Numbered from the stretch's first letter, positions 47,379 to 58,326 are shown. The stretch is DNA of 64,000 nt from an uncultured Pelagimonas sp. (GCA_947497905.1 CANMIH010000006.1:82467-146466), one strand, 5' to 3'. The notes: generated from the sequence alone by a model not told the origin. A program made the numbers and translations.

Positions 47379-49568
47379 TCACCGCAGGCGCAGCGCGTTC
47401 AGGGATACTGTAATCGAGCTGCTGGACATGGCCAAGGCCGCGATCAGAGGGGAGCACAGCCCGGCGATGGCCAGCGGCACGGCAATGATGTTGTACCAGG
47501 TGGCGATGGTAAAGTTCTCGCGGATGCGTCGGGTGGATTTTCGCGCGGTTCGAACTGCCTCGGGAATGGGCTCAAGCGATTTCCCAAGAAGAACGATATC
47601 CGAGGCCACGCGGGCCGCGTCGAGGGCTGAGGCAGGGGAGATCGAGGCATGCGCTGCGGTGAGGGCTGCGGTGTCATTGAGCCCATCTCCAACCATAAGA
47701 ACATGGGCGCCATCGGCGGTCATGTCGGCAATGCGACCCGCTTTGTCCTGAGGCAGAGCTTCGGCCATCCAATGCTGGATGTTCAGGCGCTCTGCCAGCT
47801 CTTCAACAGCATGGGTGGTGTCGCCGGACAGAAGGATCACCTTCATGCCGTCATCTTGTAGGGCTTTAACGGCCTCCTCTGCGCCATCGCGCAGGCGATC
47901 GGTAAACAGAAAGGCCTGAGCCTCACCTGAGCCAACCCGCAACCAAGCGGCGGTCTGTGTGGCCTGTCCGCCATTGGTCCAACTCGCACGGCCCAGGCGA
48001 ACCTCTTGGCCCTTCCAGATGGCCTGAGTGCCGTGGCCGGGGATCTCTTGAATGTCGGTCAGGGTGGCGGGTTTGATCCCTGCCGCGCGGGCCGCAGTGG
48101 TCAGGCTGATCGACAGAGGGTGGGCGGAACCTTCGGCAAGGCCAAGCGCGATTTCCAGATCACAGCGGGTGAAGTCGCCAAGGTTCGTGAGCTCCGGTGT
48201 GCCCGCAGTCAGCGTGCCGGTTTTGTCAAAGACAACGGTGTCAATCTGCGCCATGCGCTCAATCGCGGTGGCATCTTTGATCAACAAACCACGTTTGAAC
48301 AATCGTCCCGAAGCTGCGGTGGTCACGGCGGGTACCGCAAGGCCAAGCGCACAGGGGCAAGTAATGATCAGAACGGCGGCGGCGATGTTGAGCGCAACAC
48401 GCAAATCGCCCGAGTAGATCAACCAGCCCACAAAGGCCAAGGCGGAGAGGATATGTACGCCGGGGGCATAGAGCTTGGCGGCTTTGTCTGCCAGCGATGT
48501 GTACCGCGAGCGCCCGGATTCTGCGACCGCCACCAGATCGGCCATGCGGTGCAACGAGGTGTCGCGACCAACCGCAGTCGCCCGGATTGTGAGCGGCCCG
48601 GTCAGGTTGACCTCACCGGCGCTGACCTGCAGGCCGGGTTCGGCGTACACGGGCAGGGTTTCTCCGGTCAGCAAGGATCGGTCGAGTTCAGATGTGCCTT
48701 CGGCGATTTCACCATCGACAGGCATGCGGCCCCCGGGGCGGACACGGATCAGATCGCCCACAACAAGGTCAGAGACCGAAACCTGTTCTTCCTCGCCGTC
48801 GCGGGTAAGGCGAAACGCGCGAGGCACCTCAAGAGCGGCAAGCTCTTCAGCGGCAGAGCGCGCAACGGACCGGGTGCGGTGGTCGAGATACCGTCCGGTG
48901 AGCAGGAAGAAGGTCAGCGTGATCGCCGCGTCAAAATAGGCGTGTTCCCCCGAAAGCGTTGTTTCCCACAGCGATGTCACCAAGGCCAGGGCAATCGCCA
49001 AGGAAATGGGCACATCCATGTTGAGGCGTTGGGCCTTGAGCGCCGTCCAGGCGTTGACGAAAAAGGGTTTCGCAGAAAACGCAACCGCAGGCACGGCAAT
49101 GATCGCCGAGATCCAGTGGAACATATCGCGGGTCTGGCCTTCGGCGCCGGACCACACCGCCACCGAGAGCAGCATGACGTTCATCATGGCAAAGCCCGCC
49201 ACGGCCAAGCGCATCAGCAATTCACGTCCGGAGCGGTCGGTTTGCGTGGCGTTCAGCGCGGTCGCGTCGAGCTCATGCGCCTCATAGCCTGCGGCTTCGA
49301 CCAGAGGGATCATATCCGCGGCGGTTTGCTCGGGGTCGGCGTCGATGCTCACCCGCTTCATCGTCAGATTGACACGCGCCGTGCGTACGCCCGGGGCCCC
49401 TTCAAGTGCCCGCTCGACCGTTGCCATACAGGCCGCACAGTGAATTGTGGGCAGGGACAAAACGATATGGGCCTCGGTGGGTTCGACCGCCTGCGCCAAT
49501 GCTTCGGCCGCAGGTGCGGCGGAACAGGCGGGGCAGGCAGAGGCCTGGGGGCGCATCACGGCAGTCAT
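47379..49568 (-). CDS. ccoI: Copper-translocating P1B-type ATPase CcoI/FixI
   Basis: CPC, DKTGT and GDGLND motifs, plus an N-terminal CAAC heavy-metal domain. Confidence 0.93.
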   Translation of the reverse strand: MTAVMRPQASACPACSAAPAAEALAQAVEPTEAHIVLSLPTIHCAACMATVERALEGAPGVRTARVNLTMKRVSIDADPEQTAADMIPLVEAAGYEAHELDATALNATQTDRSGRELLMRLAVAGFAMMNVMLLSVAVWSGAEGQTRDMFHWISAIIAVPAVAFSAKPFFVNAWTALKAQRLNMDVPISLAIALALVTSLWETTLSGEHAYFDAAITLTFFLLTGRYLDHRTRSVARSAAEELAALEVPRAFRLTRDGEEEQVSVSDLVVGDLIRVRPGGRMPVDGEIAEGTSELDRSLLTGETLPVYAEPGLQVSAGEVNLTGPLTIRATAVGRDTSLHRMADLVAVAESGRSRYTSLADKAAKLYAPGVHILSALAFVGWLIYSGDLRVALNIAAAVLIITCPCALGLAVPAVTTAASGRLFKRGLLIKDATAIERMAQIDTVVFDKTGTLTAGTPELTNLGDFTRCDLEIALGLAEGSAHPLSISLTTAARAAGIKPATLTDIQEIPGHGTQAIWKGQEVRLGRASWTNGGQATQTAAWLRVGSGEAQAFLFTDRLRDGAEEAVKALQDDGMKVILLSGDTTHAVEELAERLNIQHWMAEALPQDKAGRIADMTADGAHVLMVGDGLNDTAALTAAHASISPASALDAARVASDIVLLGKSLEPIPEAVRTARKSTRRIRENFTIATWYNIIAVPLAIAGLCSPLIAALAMSSSSITVSLNALRLR

Positions 49569-49571
49569 AGC

Positions 49572-50033
49572 TTAGCCTTTCACGTGGAAGACAACGCGTT
49601 GTTCAAATTGTGAGCCGTCCAGAGCGGTGGCACTGAGACGGATGTTCCAGTTGCCCGGTGCAAGCGTGTCGCTGGCCACATAGGAGCGTCCATTGAAGAC
49701 AAACTCGGGTGTCCGGTCTTCTTTGACATGGGTCGGGCGTCCTAGAAGGCCCTCAAGTTTGCCAACCTGAACAGGCTTTCCTTCCTTATCGGTTATGGTC
49801 AGGATCACTTCGCCCTCGGCGTAATGCCCCTCAACTGTCCAGCCCAGAGCCACTTGCTCGGCTTTGCGGTCGTTAAAGGTCTGGCTGGCCACGTAAGAGT
49901 TTTTGACCTCGAGGCCGGGAAAAGATTTCACGGCATTGTAGGCCAGCGTGAGATTTACTGCGATGATGACGCCAAAGGCGCCACCAAAGATTGCCAGAAC
50001 ATGCCAGCCAGTGAGTTTGCGTTCGCGCGTCAT
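49572..50033 (-). CDS. ccoH: CcoH/FixH
   Basis: Single transmembrane segment plus FixH domain. The start overlaps the ccoG stop as TGATG. Confidence 0.88.
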   Translation of the reverse strand: MTRERKLTGWHVLAIFGGAFGVIIAVNLTLAYNAVKSFPGLEVKNSYVASQTFNDRKAEQVALGWTVEGHYAEGEVILTITDKEGKPVQVGKLEGLLGRPTHVKEDRTPEFVFNGRSYVASDTLAPGNWNIRLSATALDGSQFEQRVVFHVKG

Positions 50034-51463
50034 CAGTTTGCTCTTCCGTTAAAGATAGTGTCGGTATGCGCCCGGTCACCTGTGGTCAGATCCTCGACCC
50101 AGAAGCGGAACGGGGTCCGCTCGGCTTCGGCAGGGTCCGAATGGCGCGGGGCGATCACATAGACTTTCTGCAATCGAGTTTCGTTGGCGGGCACATCCAC
50201 TGTTTCATAAGGGGTGCCTTCGAGCTGAACCCGCAATGCGCCATCCCCAACCAGTGTAATCCGATATGGGCGATCTTCGCCATGTTTGTTGAGCAGGCGC
50301 ACATCGTAGGTGTTACGGATCGAGCCGTCAGACAAGGTGACAAAGGTGGGATTGCGCACCGGAGCCACAGTCATTTCGATCTCTGGGCGAATGAAGAGCG
50401 CAAATACGAGGCCAATGCCCACCGCTGACCACAGCGAGGTGTACATAATAGTCCGGGGGCGGAAGATATGCTTCCAGACCGGGCGTGGATCTTGTCCCGC
50501 ACGTTCATTGGCTTCGTCGGATTGCGCGAGATAATCGATAAGTCCACGTGGCTTGCCGATCTTGTCCATTACATCGTCGCAGGCATCGATGCAGAGCGCA
50601 CAGGTGATGCATTCCATCTGTTGCCCTTCGCGAATATCGATCCCCATGGGGCAGACATTGACGCAGGCCATACAGTCAATGCAGTCCCCCTGTGGCGCGC
50701 TATCGTCGGTCTTTTTCTTCATTTTGCCACGCGGCTCGCCCCGCCAGTCGCGATAGCCGACGGTGAGTGTATCTTCGTCCATCATCGCGGCCTGAATGCG
50801 CGGCCAGGGGCAGGCATAGATACAGATCTGTTCGCGGGCAAAGCCCCCAAAGAAGAAGGTGGTCGCGGTCAACAGCAGCATGGTGGTGTAGGCCACGGGG
50901 TGGGCCTGACCGGTTACCAGATCCGTCAGAAGCGTGGGGGCATCGGCGAAATAGAACACCCAGGCGCCCCCTGTGGCGAGGCCAATCAGGAACCAGGACA
51001 CCCATTTAGTGACCCGAAGTCGTGCTTTTCGGAAATCCAGCTTTTTCTGGCGGTGCAAGCGCAGGCGCGCATTGCGATCCCCTTCGATCCAGCGCTCAAC
51101 AAGAATGTAAAGATCGGTCCAAACTGTTTGCGGGCAGGCATAGCCACACCAAACGCGACCCAGCGCAGAGGTGAACAGGAACAGCCCAAGCCCGGCCATG
51201 ATCAGCAGGCCCGCAACAAAATAAAACTCGTGGGGCCAGATTTCGATCCAGAAGAAGAAAAAGCGGCGGTGGGCGAGGTCAATCAGAACAGCCTGATCCG
51301 GGAGCTGTGGCCCACGATCCCAGCGAATCCACGGGGTCAGATAGTAGATCCCCAAAGTGACGATCATAATGACCCACTTGAGGTTGCGGAATTTTCCGCT
51401 CACGCGGCGCGGATAAATCGGTTCGCGCGATGCGTATAGAGAGGGGGCGTTGCTGTCGGACAC
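50033..51463 (-). CDS. ccoG: CcoG/FixG 4Fe-4S ferredoxin-type maturation protein
   Basis: CIDCMACVNVCP and CITCALCIDAC clusters, plus transmembrane helices. Confidence 0.92.
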   Translation of the reverse strand: MSDSNAPSLYASREPIYPRRVSGKFRNLKWVIMIVTLGIYYLTPWIRWDRGPQLPDQAVLIDLAHRRFFFFWIEIWPHEFYFVAGLLIMAGLGLFLFTSALGRVWCGYACPQTVWTDLYILVERWIEGDRNARLRLHRQKKLDFRKARLRVTKWVSWFLIGLATGGAWVFYFADAPTLLTDLVTGQAHPVAYTTMLLLTATTFFFGGFAREQICIYACPWPRIQAAMMDEDTLTVGYRDWRGEPRGKMKKKTDDSAPQGDCIDCMACVNVCPMGIDIREGQQMECITCALCIDACDDVMDKIGKPRGLIDYLAQSDEANERAGQDPRPVWKHIFRPRTIMYTSLWSAVGIGLVFALFIRPEIEMTVAPVRNPTFVTLSDGSIRNTYDVRLLNKHGEDRPYRITLVGDGALRVQLEGTPYETVDVPANETRLQKVYVIAPRHSDPAEAERTPFRFWVEDLTTGDRAHTDTIFNGRAN

Positions 51464-51527
51464 GGGGAATCGCTCCGTTAATGGCTTTGACTGCCTGCCC
51501 TTTTCTCAACTGCCTCCTGATCTCTCT

Positions 51528-51541
51528 TTGACCTGTGTCAA
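51528..51541. promoter_or_regulatory. FNR/FnrL box TTGACctgtGTCAA upstream of ccoG
   Basis: Perfect TTGAC-N4-GTCAA palindrome. The centre lies 71 nt upstream of the ccoG ATG. Confidence 0.8.
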
Positions 51542-51557
51542 ATTCTGAATCTTTGAG

Positions 51558-52433
51558 TTAGGTTTTCGCGGTGCGTGCGACGAGCCACCGCAGGAAGGTT
51601 TGACCGTTCGATCCCAGAAGGTCTTGACGGGCCAGCGCAAAGTAGCTGTCGGCCTGTTCTTGGCGAAACAACTCAACCAAGCGACCTGTCGCGAGATCGT
51701 CCCGCACGGTCAGCAGAGGCACGGCGGCGAGGCCGAGGCCCAAGCGCAGCGAATCCCGCAGCTCATGAGGGGCGGTGATGCGTTGTTTTGGGGTCTCCTT
51801 GGCCGAGAGACCGAGGCTAGCCATCCAGGACGATGCCTCTGTCGCACCGGGGACCGACAACCAGGTCAGATCCCGCAACTCGGCGGGCGATTGAGGCAGG
51901 TCTCCGTCGAACATCAAACGAGAGGCTACAATGACATAGGGGGCATCGCAGAGATGGTGCGCCTCAAATTCTCCCAAGTGACCTGTGCCGTGGCTGATAA
52001 TGAAATCGCTGCCACGAGGGTCAAACAGAGCCTGTGGCATTATCGGATCAATCAGCAGCTGGATCTCGGGGTGATTGGTGCGGAATTCTGAGATTAAAGG
52101 CAGCAACCAGCATCCAGCAAGCTCTGGCGGGCAGCTGATGTGCAAGGCGCGGTTTTGCGCAGAATGGGCCAGAGATTCAGAGGTGTCGGCAATTGCGCGA
52201 AACGCGCGGGTCAGACTTTGGGCCAGCTTGGCCCCTTCCGGTGTGAAATCCAATTGGCGCCGGGTGCGATCCAGCAATGGTAGGTTCAGATGCTTCTCCA
52301 GCGCGCGCATCTGCTGGCTGATCGCGGCGTGGCTCACGTTCAGAGCAGCCCCTGCTTCGGTCACGGAGCGGGTTTCGGCATAAGCTGCAAACGCACGCAA
52401 CGCGGCGAGAGGGGGGAGTGCGGACCAATTCAT
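51558..52433 (-). CDS. LysR family transcriptional regulator between the two cco operons
   Basis: wHTH VTEAGAALNVSHAAISQQMRALE. Start chosen at MNWSALPP. Confidence 0.85.
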   Translation of the reverse strand: MNWSALPPLAALRAFAAYAETRSVTEAGAALNVSHAAISQQMRALEKHLNLPLLDRTRRQLDFTPEGAKLAQSLTRAFRAIADTSESLAHSAQNRALHISCPPELAGCWLLPLISEFRTNHPEIQLLIDPIMPQALFDPRGSDFIISHGTGHLGEFEAHHLCDAPYVIVASRLMFDGDLPQSPAELRDLTWLSVPGATEASSWMASLGLSAKETPKQRITAPHELRDSLRLGLGLAAVPLLTVRDDLATGRLVELFRQEQADSYFALARQDLLGSNGQTFLRWLVARTAKT

Positions 52434-52604
52434 TTCATGTATCTCAGGTGTATCTTTGACCACTCGTCGCATAAGCGCAGGGTTGCGTCAAGTTTTCCAG
52501 ATTTTGGTTTGCTTTGAAGTGCTTGTAAAAATGTTCAGCGGATACACATTAGGCAATAAATAGTGGATTTCTATTTTGATGCAAGTAATGCGTTTTTAGA
52601 ATTC

Positions 52605-52722
52605 TAGGAATTGGAAGCGCCGGCACCCCAGGAAACGCGCGAACAGGACGGGATACCGGCGCTATACTCCCCAGCCCGAAGGTGGAGGAATGTCTGGATC
52701 CGGGGGAGGGCCCCGATCTCAT
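52605..52722 (-). ncRNA. Candidate FnrL-activated small RNA (or the 5' part of a long leader for the LysR gene)
   Basis: FNR box at 52757-52770. TAGTGT lies at -12 to -7 relative to a predicted +1 at 52722. A 14-bp GC-rich stem spans 52616-52663. C-rich CCUCC tracts are present. Confidence 0.35.
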
Positions 52723-52756
52723 AAGCTCACACTAGGCGGCATGGGAGATCGGCGCT

Positions 52757-52770
52757 TTGATTTGGGTCAA
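52757..52770. promoter_or_regulatory. Orphan FNR/FnrL box TTGATttggGTCAA just downstream of the ccoP terminator
   Basis: Read directly. It has the same architecture as the three other boxes in the window. Confidence 0.7.
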
Positions 52771-52798
52771 ATCGGTTGAGAAACTTGCGGTCCAACAC

Positions 52799-52834
52799 AA
52801 AAAAACGAGCCCCCGTCGTTGAAGACGAGGGCTC
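52799..52834 (-). terminator. Rho-independent terminator of ccoNOQP
   Basis: Minus strand: GAGCCCTCGTC-N6-GACGGGGGCTC followed by CG and TTTTTTT. Confidence 0.9.
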
Positions 52835-52857
52835 ACTCTGCGGGTCAGAAGAGGGAC

Positions 52858-53736
52858 TTATTCTGACGCTTCGCCGCCACCAAGGCCGTGGACATAAGTC
52901 GCCACAGCGCGGATTTCGGCTTCCGACAGGCGTTCGGTCCAGGAGGGCATCACGCCGTAGCGCGAATTCCATACGGTTTCCCGAATGTCGGCATAGGAGC
53001 CACCGAACAACCAGATCGCATCCGTCAGATTAGGCGCACCCTGATAGCGGTCACCGGTTCCGTCTTCTGCGTGGCAGGCCGCACAGTTGTCTTCGTAGAC
53101 AACGGCACCGGCTTCAACCAAAGCTGCATCCTGTGGGGTTTCCCCTGACAGGGTCATTACGAAGTTGGTGACCTGCGCCACTTCTTCTTCGCTCAGCAGC
53201 TCATCACGACCAAAGGCGGGCATTTCCGAGAAACGGGCGTCGTCATTGGTTTCGTTGCGAATACCATAGCTGACGCTTTCGTGGATCGCCTCGATCGAAC
53301 CGCCCCAAAGCCAGTCATCGTCCAGCAGGTTCGGGTAGCCTTTTGCACCGGCCGCACCAGAGCCGTGGCACTGGGCACACCATGTGCGGAACACGGCACC
53401 ACCTGCGTTCTGAGCATAGCTGCCCAGTTCGGGATCGGCGGCAATCGCGGTCAGCTCAGCCGAGGCCAGCTTTTCGTTGATCGCCGCATTGGCCTGATCG
53501 ACTTTCGCGATTTCCGCCGCAACTTCACCCCGGGTGGAATACCCCAGCAGACCCGGTGTCGCCTCTTTGATGCCCGGCCATGCCGGATAGGCGATCGAGT
53601 AGCCGATGCCCCAGACGATGGTGACATAAAAGGTGTAGAGCCACCATTTGGGCAGGGGTTTGTTGTATTCCCGGATGCCATCCCAGGCATGACCGGTTGT
53701 CTCATAATCGAGATCGTCTTGTTTCTTATCTACCAT
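52858..53736 (-). CDS. ccoP: cbb3-type cytochrome c oxidase subunit III (dihaem c)
   Basis: Two CxxCH motifs (CAQCH, CAACH). Confidence 0.95.
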   Translation of the reverse strand: MVDKKQDDLDYETTGHAWDGIREYNKPLPKWWLYTFYVTIVWGIGYSIAYPAWPGIKEATPGLLGYSTRGEVAAEIAKVDQANAAINEKLASAELTAIAADPELGSYAQNAGGAVFRTWCAQCHGSGAAGAKGYPNLLDDDWLWGGSIEAIHESVSYGIRNETNDDARFSEMPAFGRDELLSEEEVAQVTNFVMTLSGETPQDAALVEAGAVVYEDNCAACHAEDGTGDRYQGAPNLTDAIWLFGGSYADIRETVWNSRYGVMPSWTERLSEAEIRAVATYVHGLGGGEASE

Positions 53737-53750
53737 AGCTCCGCGCCTCC

Positions 53751-53942
53751 TTAGTGCTCGGCGGGGGCGCCGCTTTCGGGCGCCGGTTTGCTGTCATGCC
53801 GGAACGGAATGTTCGCTGTGTCCTCATGGATGTCGCGGCTTCCGGGACGAAACGCCCAGAAGATGACGCCCAGAAAGACGGTGAACATGGCCAGAAGGCC
53901 CCAGCTGTCGGCCACTTCACGCAGGAAAGAATAGGTTTCCAT
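53751..53942 (-). CDS. ccoQ: cbb3-type cytochrome c oxidase subunit IV
   Basis: 63 aa single-transmembrane protein between ccoO and ccoP. Confidence 0.85.
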   Translation of the reverse strand: METYSFLREVADSWGLLAMFTVFLGVIFWAFRPGSRDIHEDTANIPFRHDSKPAPESGAPAEH

Positions 53943-53953
53943 AATCTTCCTCC

Positions 53954-54682
53954 TTAGCGGTTGGCGTCTGGGGTGAAGGTTGAGAAATCAACCAGAGTGC
54001 CCAGCATTTGCAGGTAAGCGACAAGCGCGTCGGCCTCGGAGATGCCGGCTTTGCCATCGAAGTTGCGTACGTTGATGTCATCGCCATAGCGCTCGAGCAG
54101 ACCGTCATAGTCGCTGTCGGGATCCGCCTGAGCGGCGAAGTCGACCTGTGCATTGGCGATCATCTCTTCGGTGTAAGGCACACCGACAAAGCTATGAGTC
54201 TGCAGCAGGTCCTGGATGTGCTCGCCGTCGATCAGCTTGGCTTCGAGAAAGCCGTATTTGGGCATGATCGATTCCGGCACAACCGACTGCGGGTCACGCA
54301 GGTGGTCGATGTGCCATTCGTCGGAATAGCGGCCACCCACACGGGCCAGATCAGGACCGGTCCGTTTGGAGCCCCACTGGTGCGGATGGTCGTATTTCGA
54401 TTCAGCCGCCAGCGAATAGTGGCCGTAACGTTCGACTTCGTCGCGCATCGGGCGGATCATCTGGCTGTGGCAGGTATAGCAGCCTTCACGCACATAGACG
54501 TCACGACCGGCCAGCTCCAGCGGGGTGTAGGGGCGCATGCCCTCTACATCCTCGATGGTGTTCTCCAGATAGAACAGCGGAACGATCTGAACCAGACCAC
54601 CGATGGTCACAACCAGGAAGGAGAAGATCGCCAAAAGGGTGACGTTCTTTTCCAGAACAGCGTGTTTATTGAGAATTCCCAT
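53954..54682 (-). CDS. ccoO: cbb3-type cytochrome c oxidase subunit II (monohaem c)
   Basis: The CYTCH haem-binding motif. Confidence 0.95.
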   Translation of the reverse strand: MGILNKHAVLEKNVTLLAIFSFLVVTIGGLVQIVPLFYLENTIEDVEGMRPYTPLELAGRDVYVREGCYTCHSQMIRPMRDEVERYGHYSLAAESKYDHPHQWGSKRTGPDLARVGGRYSDEWHIDHLRDPQSVVPESIMPKYGFLEAKLIDGEHIQDLLQTHSFVGVPYTEEMIANAQVDFAAQADPDSDYDGLLERYGDDINVRNFDGKAGISEADALVAYLQMLGTLVDFSTFTPDANR

Positions 54683-54696
54683 AGTCTGGATCCCCC

Positions 54697-56313
54697 TTAT
54701 TCAGCCGGAGTGGCAGCATGTGCCGCGGCTACGTCTTCTTCTACCGCAGGGGCAGCTTTTGCTGTCATCCACAGATTGTAAGCCATGATCAGAGCGCCGG
54801 TGACATACATCACACCACCCAAACCACGCACGATGTTCATCGGCAGTTTGGCGGATACGGTGTCTGCAAAGCTCCAGACCAGGAAGCCATTGGCATCAAC
54901 TTCGCGCCACATCAGGCCTTCCATGATGCCGGTGACCCACATGGAGGCGGCGTAAAGAACGATGCCGATTGTGGCCAACCAGAAGTGCCAGGAGACCAGC
55001 GACAGCGAATAGAGACGCTCACGGTTCCACAGTTTTGGCACGAGGAAGTACAGAGCCCCGAAGGTGATCATGCCGTTCCAGCCAAGCGCGCCGGAGTGAA
55101 CGTGACCAATGGTCCAGTCGGTGTAGTGCGACAGAGCGTTGACCGCGCGGATCGACATCATCGGACCTTCGAAGGTCGACATGCCGTAGAAGCCGAGCGA
55201 GATCACCATCATGCGCAGAACAGGGTCGGTGCGCAGCTTGTCCCATGCCCCCGACAGGGTCATCAGACCGTTGATCATACCACCCCACGACGGCATCCAG
55301 AGGATGATCGAGAACACCATGCCAAGGGTCGAGGCCCAGTCAGGCAGCGCGGTGTAGTGCAGGTGGTGTGGACCCGCCCAGATGTAAAGGAAGATCAGCG
55401 CCCAGAAGTGGATAATCGACAGTTTGTACGAGAAAACCGGACGATCCGCCTGTTTGGGAACAAAGTAGTACATCATGCCGAGGAAGCCGGCGGTCAGGAA
55501 GAAGCCCACAGCGTTGTGGCCATACCACCACTGCACCATGGCGTCCTGTACACCCGAGAAGACCTGAACCGATTTCGATCCCCAGATCGAGACCGGGATG
55601 CTGAGGTTGTTGAACACATGCAGCATGGCGACGGTGATGATGAACGACAGGAAAAACCAGTTGGCCACGTAGATGTGACGCTCTTTACGTTTGATGATGG
55701 TTCCGACGAAAACCGCCAGATACACCAGCCAAACAATGGTCAGCCACAGGTCAACATACCATTCGGGTTCTGCGTATTCTTTCGACTGTGTGCCGCCCAG
55801 CAGATAGCCGGTGGCCGCCAGTACGATGAACAGCTGATAGCCCCAGAACACGAACCATGCGGCGTTGCCACCCCAGAGGCGCGCGGCGCTGGTGCGCTGA
55901 ACGATGTAAAAGGAGGTTGCGATCAGGGCGTTGCCGCCGAAAGCAAAGATAACTGCAGAGGTGTGCAGCGGGCGCAGGCGCCCAAAGTTCGCATAGCCCT
56001 GAGCCCAATCAAAGTTGAGCACCGGAAAGGCCAGCTGAAACGCGATAAAGGTCCCGGCCAGGAAACCAACCACACCCCAGAAGGTGGTGGCGATGACACC
56101 GGCACGGATCACGTTGTCCATGTATTGGTTTTGCGGCGCGGCTGCGGGCGCGGGTTCGTCGGTGTGGCGCAGGGTCCACAGGAACATACCTGCTGAGATC
56201 AGCAGGATGATGATCGCGTGAACCTGATAAGCCACATCCCGTGCGTAGCTGGCGGCAAGCATCGAGAAGATTACCACCAGTCCAAGCGCGATGAGCTTGA
56301 AATAGTTTGTCAT
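54697..56313 (-). CDS. ccoN: cbb3-type cytochrome c oxidase subunit I
   Basis: Polytopic haem-copper oxidase. AAGGGA Shine-Dalgarno lies 6 nt before the ATG at 56313. Confidence 0.95.
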   Translation of the reverse strand: MTNYFKLIALGLVVIFSMLAASYARDVAYQVHAIIILLISAGMFLWTLRHTDEPAPAAAPQNQYMDNVIRAGVIATTFWGVVGFLAGTFIAFQLAFPVLNFDWAQGYANFGRLRPLHTSAVIFAFGGNALIATSFYIVQRTSAARLWGGNAAWFVFWGYQLFIVLAATGYLLGGTQSKEYAEPEWYVDLWLTIVWLVYLAVFVGTIIKRKERHIYVANWFFLSFIITVAMLHVFNNLSIPVSIWGSKSVQVFSGVQDAMVQWWYGHNAVGFFLTAGFLGMMYYFVPKQADRPVFSYKLSIIHFWALIFLYIWAGPHHLHYTALPDWASTLGMVFSIILWMPSWGGMINGLMTLSGAWDKLRTDPVLRMMVISLGFYGMSTFEGPMMSIRAVNALSHYTDWTIGHVHSGALGWNGMITFGALYFLVPKLWNRERLYSLSLVSWHFWLATIGIVLYAASMWVTGIMEGLMWREVDANGFLVWSFADTVSAKLPMNIVRGLGGVMYVTGALIMAYNLWMTAKAAPAVEEDVAAAHAATPAE

Positions 56314-56406
56314 TGTTCGTCCCTTCGTCTGACCCACACGATTCGGAATCCGCGCAGGCGGTTTTTTAGACTGCCCCGTATGTGCGCTGATCCGGGGGGC
56401 TGAGCT

Positions 56407-56420
56407 TTGATCTGTGTCAA
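56407..56420. promoter_or_regulatory. FNR/FnrL box TTGATctgtGTCAA shared by divergent ccoN and usp
   Basis: The centre at 56413.5 is about 100 nt from the ccoN ATG and about 95 nt from the usp ATG. Confidence 0.8.
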
Positions 56421-56508
56421 GACATGCGCGCCGAGAGCTTGTTACGGCTTGAAGAATAGCATGAAGTCGGGTGCGTCCCGGACTGCATTTGACATTCAGG
56501 AGGACAAG

Positions 56509-57348
56509 ATGGCCTTTAATTCAATTCTGACCGTGGTCAGTGACGACAGTTTGGCTCAGAGCGCAATTGACCATGCGGCGGGTGTAGCGCAGGGATTCGC
56601 GGCACATCTGGATGTGATGTGTCTGGGCGTGGATCGCACCCAAACCGGGTATTACTACGCGGGTGCCAATGCGATGGTGATGCAGGAGGCTTTGAGCCGG
56701 GCCAACGCTGATGCGGAGGCCATGGAACAGGCGGCGCGCGCGCAGCTCGGGCAGGTGGATTGCCGTTGGAGCGTGGATGGGGGTGTTGCTCAACTTGCCG
56801 ACATTGGTCGCCACGTGGCGGCGCGGGCACGATTCTCGGATCTGGTGGTATTGCCCAAACCCTATGGTGACGGGCGTGGCGTCGAGCTTGAGCCCATTGT
56901 TGAAGGGGCCATGTTCGAAGGGCAGGTGCCGGTTCTTGTGGTCCCTGATGATGTGACACCAACATCACAGCCCAAACGAGTGGTGATTGGCTGGAACGAA
57001 AGTTCGGAAGCGCTGCGCGCGGTGCGGGCGGCCTTGCCTTTGCTGGTGGCTGCGGAGACCGTGCATGTTGTGGTGATCGATCCACCGCAGCATGGGCCCA
57101 ACCGCTCGGACCCCGGTGGGCGTCTGTCGCAATTCCTTGCGCGTCATGGGGCGAAGGTTGAGATCGATGTCCTGTCCAAAACTCTGCCGCGCGTATCGGA
57201 TGTTCTGCAGCGCCATGTGAGCGATGTGGATGCGGATCTGGTGGTGATGGGGGCCTATGGGCATTCGCGGTTCCGCGAAGCTATCCTTGGCGGGGCCACC
57301 CGCTATATGCTTGAGCAGGCCCGGGTGCCGGTCTTTATGGCGCATTGA
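56509..57348 (+). CDS. Tandem-domain universal stress protein
   Basis: Two USP domains (C-terminal [12 protein letters not shown]). CAGGAGGA Shine-Dalgarno upstream. Confidence 0.85.
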   Translation: MAFNSILTVVSDDSLAQSAIDHAAGVAQGFAAHLDVMCLGVDRTQTGYYYAGANAMVMQEALSRANADAEAMEQAARAQLGQVDCRWSVDGGVAQLADIGRHVAARARFSDLVVLPKPYGDGRGVELEPIVEGAMFEGQVPVLVVPDDVTPTSQPKRVVIGWNESSEALRAVRAALPLLVAAETVHVVVIDPPQHGPNRSDPGGRLSQFLARHGAKVEIDVLSKTLPRVSDVLQRHVSDVDADLVVMGAYGHSRFREAILGGATRYMLEQARVPVFMAH

Positions 57349-57351
57349 GAG

Positions 57352-57405
57352 TGCGGGACGGGGGACGCTCATGCCAAGGCATGTCGCCCCACCCGCCGTC
57401 CCGCA
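57352..57405. terminator. Long imperfect hairpin between convergent usp and the phzF-like gene
   Basis: TGCGGGACGG ... CCGTCCCGCA outer stem with an inner CATGCC-AA-GGCATG stem. No clear T-tract. Confidence 0.5.
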
Positions 57406-57411
57406 GCTGCG

Positions 57412-58326
57412 TTAAGGAACAGTGATGCGGCCCGTGCTGATCGGACGAGCCGATCCAGAAATATAGACCGCCTTAAGCGTGCCGCTTGCAGTAACCGCCC
57501 GAAAGCCGATCTGGCTTGGGCGACCCATTTCCACGCCCTGATGCAGGGTCAGCGCCGTGGCGCCTTCGGTGAGGGCGTCTGCATCCAGAAGTTGGGCCGC
57601 GAGAATTGCAGAGGCTGAGCCTGTGGCCGGGTCTTCGGGGATGCCGGCGGTGGGCGAGAACATGCGCGCGCGGTAGCCGCCTTCCACCGGTGTATACAGA
57701 TAGGCGTTGTCCACCGCCCCGGTGGTGATGGCCTCTGTCCAATAGGGTTCAATCGGGCGCGCCTGAGCCAGAGCCTCTAAATCACGCACTGGGACATACA
57801 TAAAGCGCGGTCCCCCCTGCCAGATACCGGGCGCATGGCTCGAGAAGCCGATGTGATCTGGCGACAAGTCCAGCGCCTGAGCCAGCAGATCGGCTGTTGG
57901 GGCTGTGCCGTCTGGCGCGGCGTGTGGGACAACGGGGGCCTGAAACTCAGCGTTTAGGTCACCGTCCTTGCGCCATACGCGCACGGGGACCAACCCTGCC
58001 ACCTCTTCCAGGCGAATTTCACATTCGAAATCGCCTTCTGGGGCATCTTTCAAGGCGAGATGCAGGGCGCAGCCAATGGTGGGATGACCTGCAAAGGGGA
58101 TCTCAGCCGTGGGAAAAAAGATCCGCACCGCCGCCGTGTTGGCAGGATCCTCAGGTGGCATCACAAAGATGGTTTCGGAGAGATTGAATTCCCGCGCAAG
58201 GGTCTGCATGGCCTCGGTGCTTAACCCTTGAGCCTCTTCGACAATGGCCAGGGGATTGCCCGCAAACCGGGAGTTGGTGAACACATCGCAGGTGACAAAA
58301 GGCAGGTCAGACAAACACGCCTCCAT
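57412..58326 (-). CDS. PhzF family isomerase-like protein
   Basis: [10 protein letters not shown]...GNPLAIV N-terminus. The ATG at 58326 overlaps the fnrL 3' end by 20 nt. An alternative TTG at 58314 has GGAGG 5 nt upstream. Confidence 0.8.
   Translation of the reverse strand: MEACLSDLPFVTCDVFTNSRFAGNPLAIVEEAQGLSTEAMQTLAREFNLSETIFVMPPEDPANTAAVRIFFPTAEIPFAGHPTIGCALHLALKDAPEGDFECEIRLEEVAGLVPVRVWRKDGDLNAEFQAPVVPHAAPDGTAPTADLLAQALDLSPDHIGFSSHAPGIWQGGPRFMYVPVRDLEALAQARPIEPYWTEAITTGAVDNAYLYTPVEGGYRARMFSPTAGIPEDPATGSASAILAAQLLDADALTEGATALTLHQGVEMGRPSQIGFRAVTASGTLKAVYISGSARPISTGRITVP

Noticed and set aside
52549-52722. A 57-aa ORF begins exactly at the predicted +1 of the FNR-dependent transcript and would be leaderless.
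   Set aside because: Its third-position composition is mixed rather than GC-biased like real genes here. It is Ser/Pro/Arg-rich, runs through the 14-bp stem and the downstream promoter, and shows no domain. A non-coding role is more likely, although a leaderless micro-ORF cannot be excluded without ribosome profiling.
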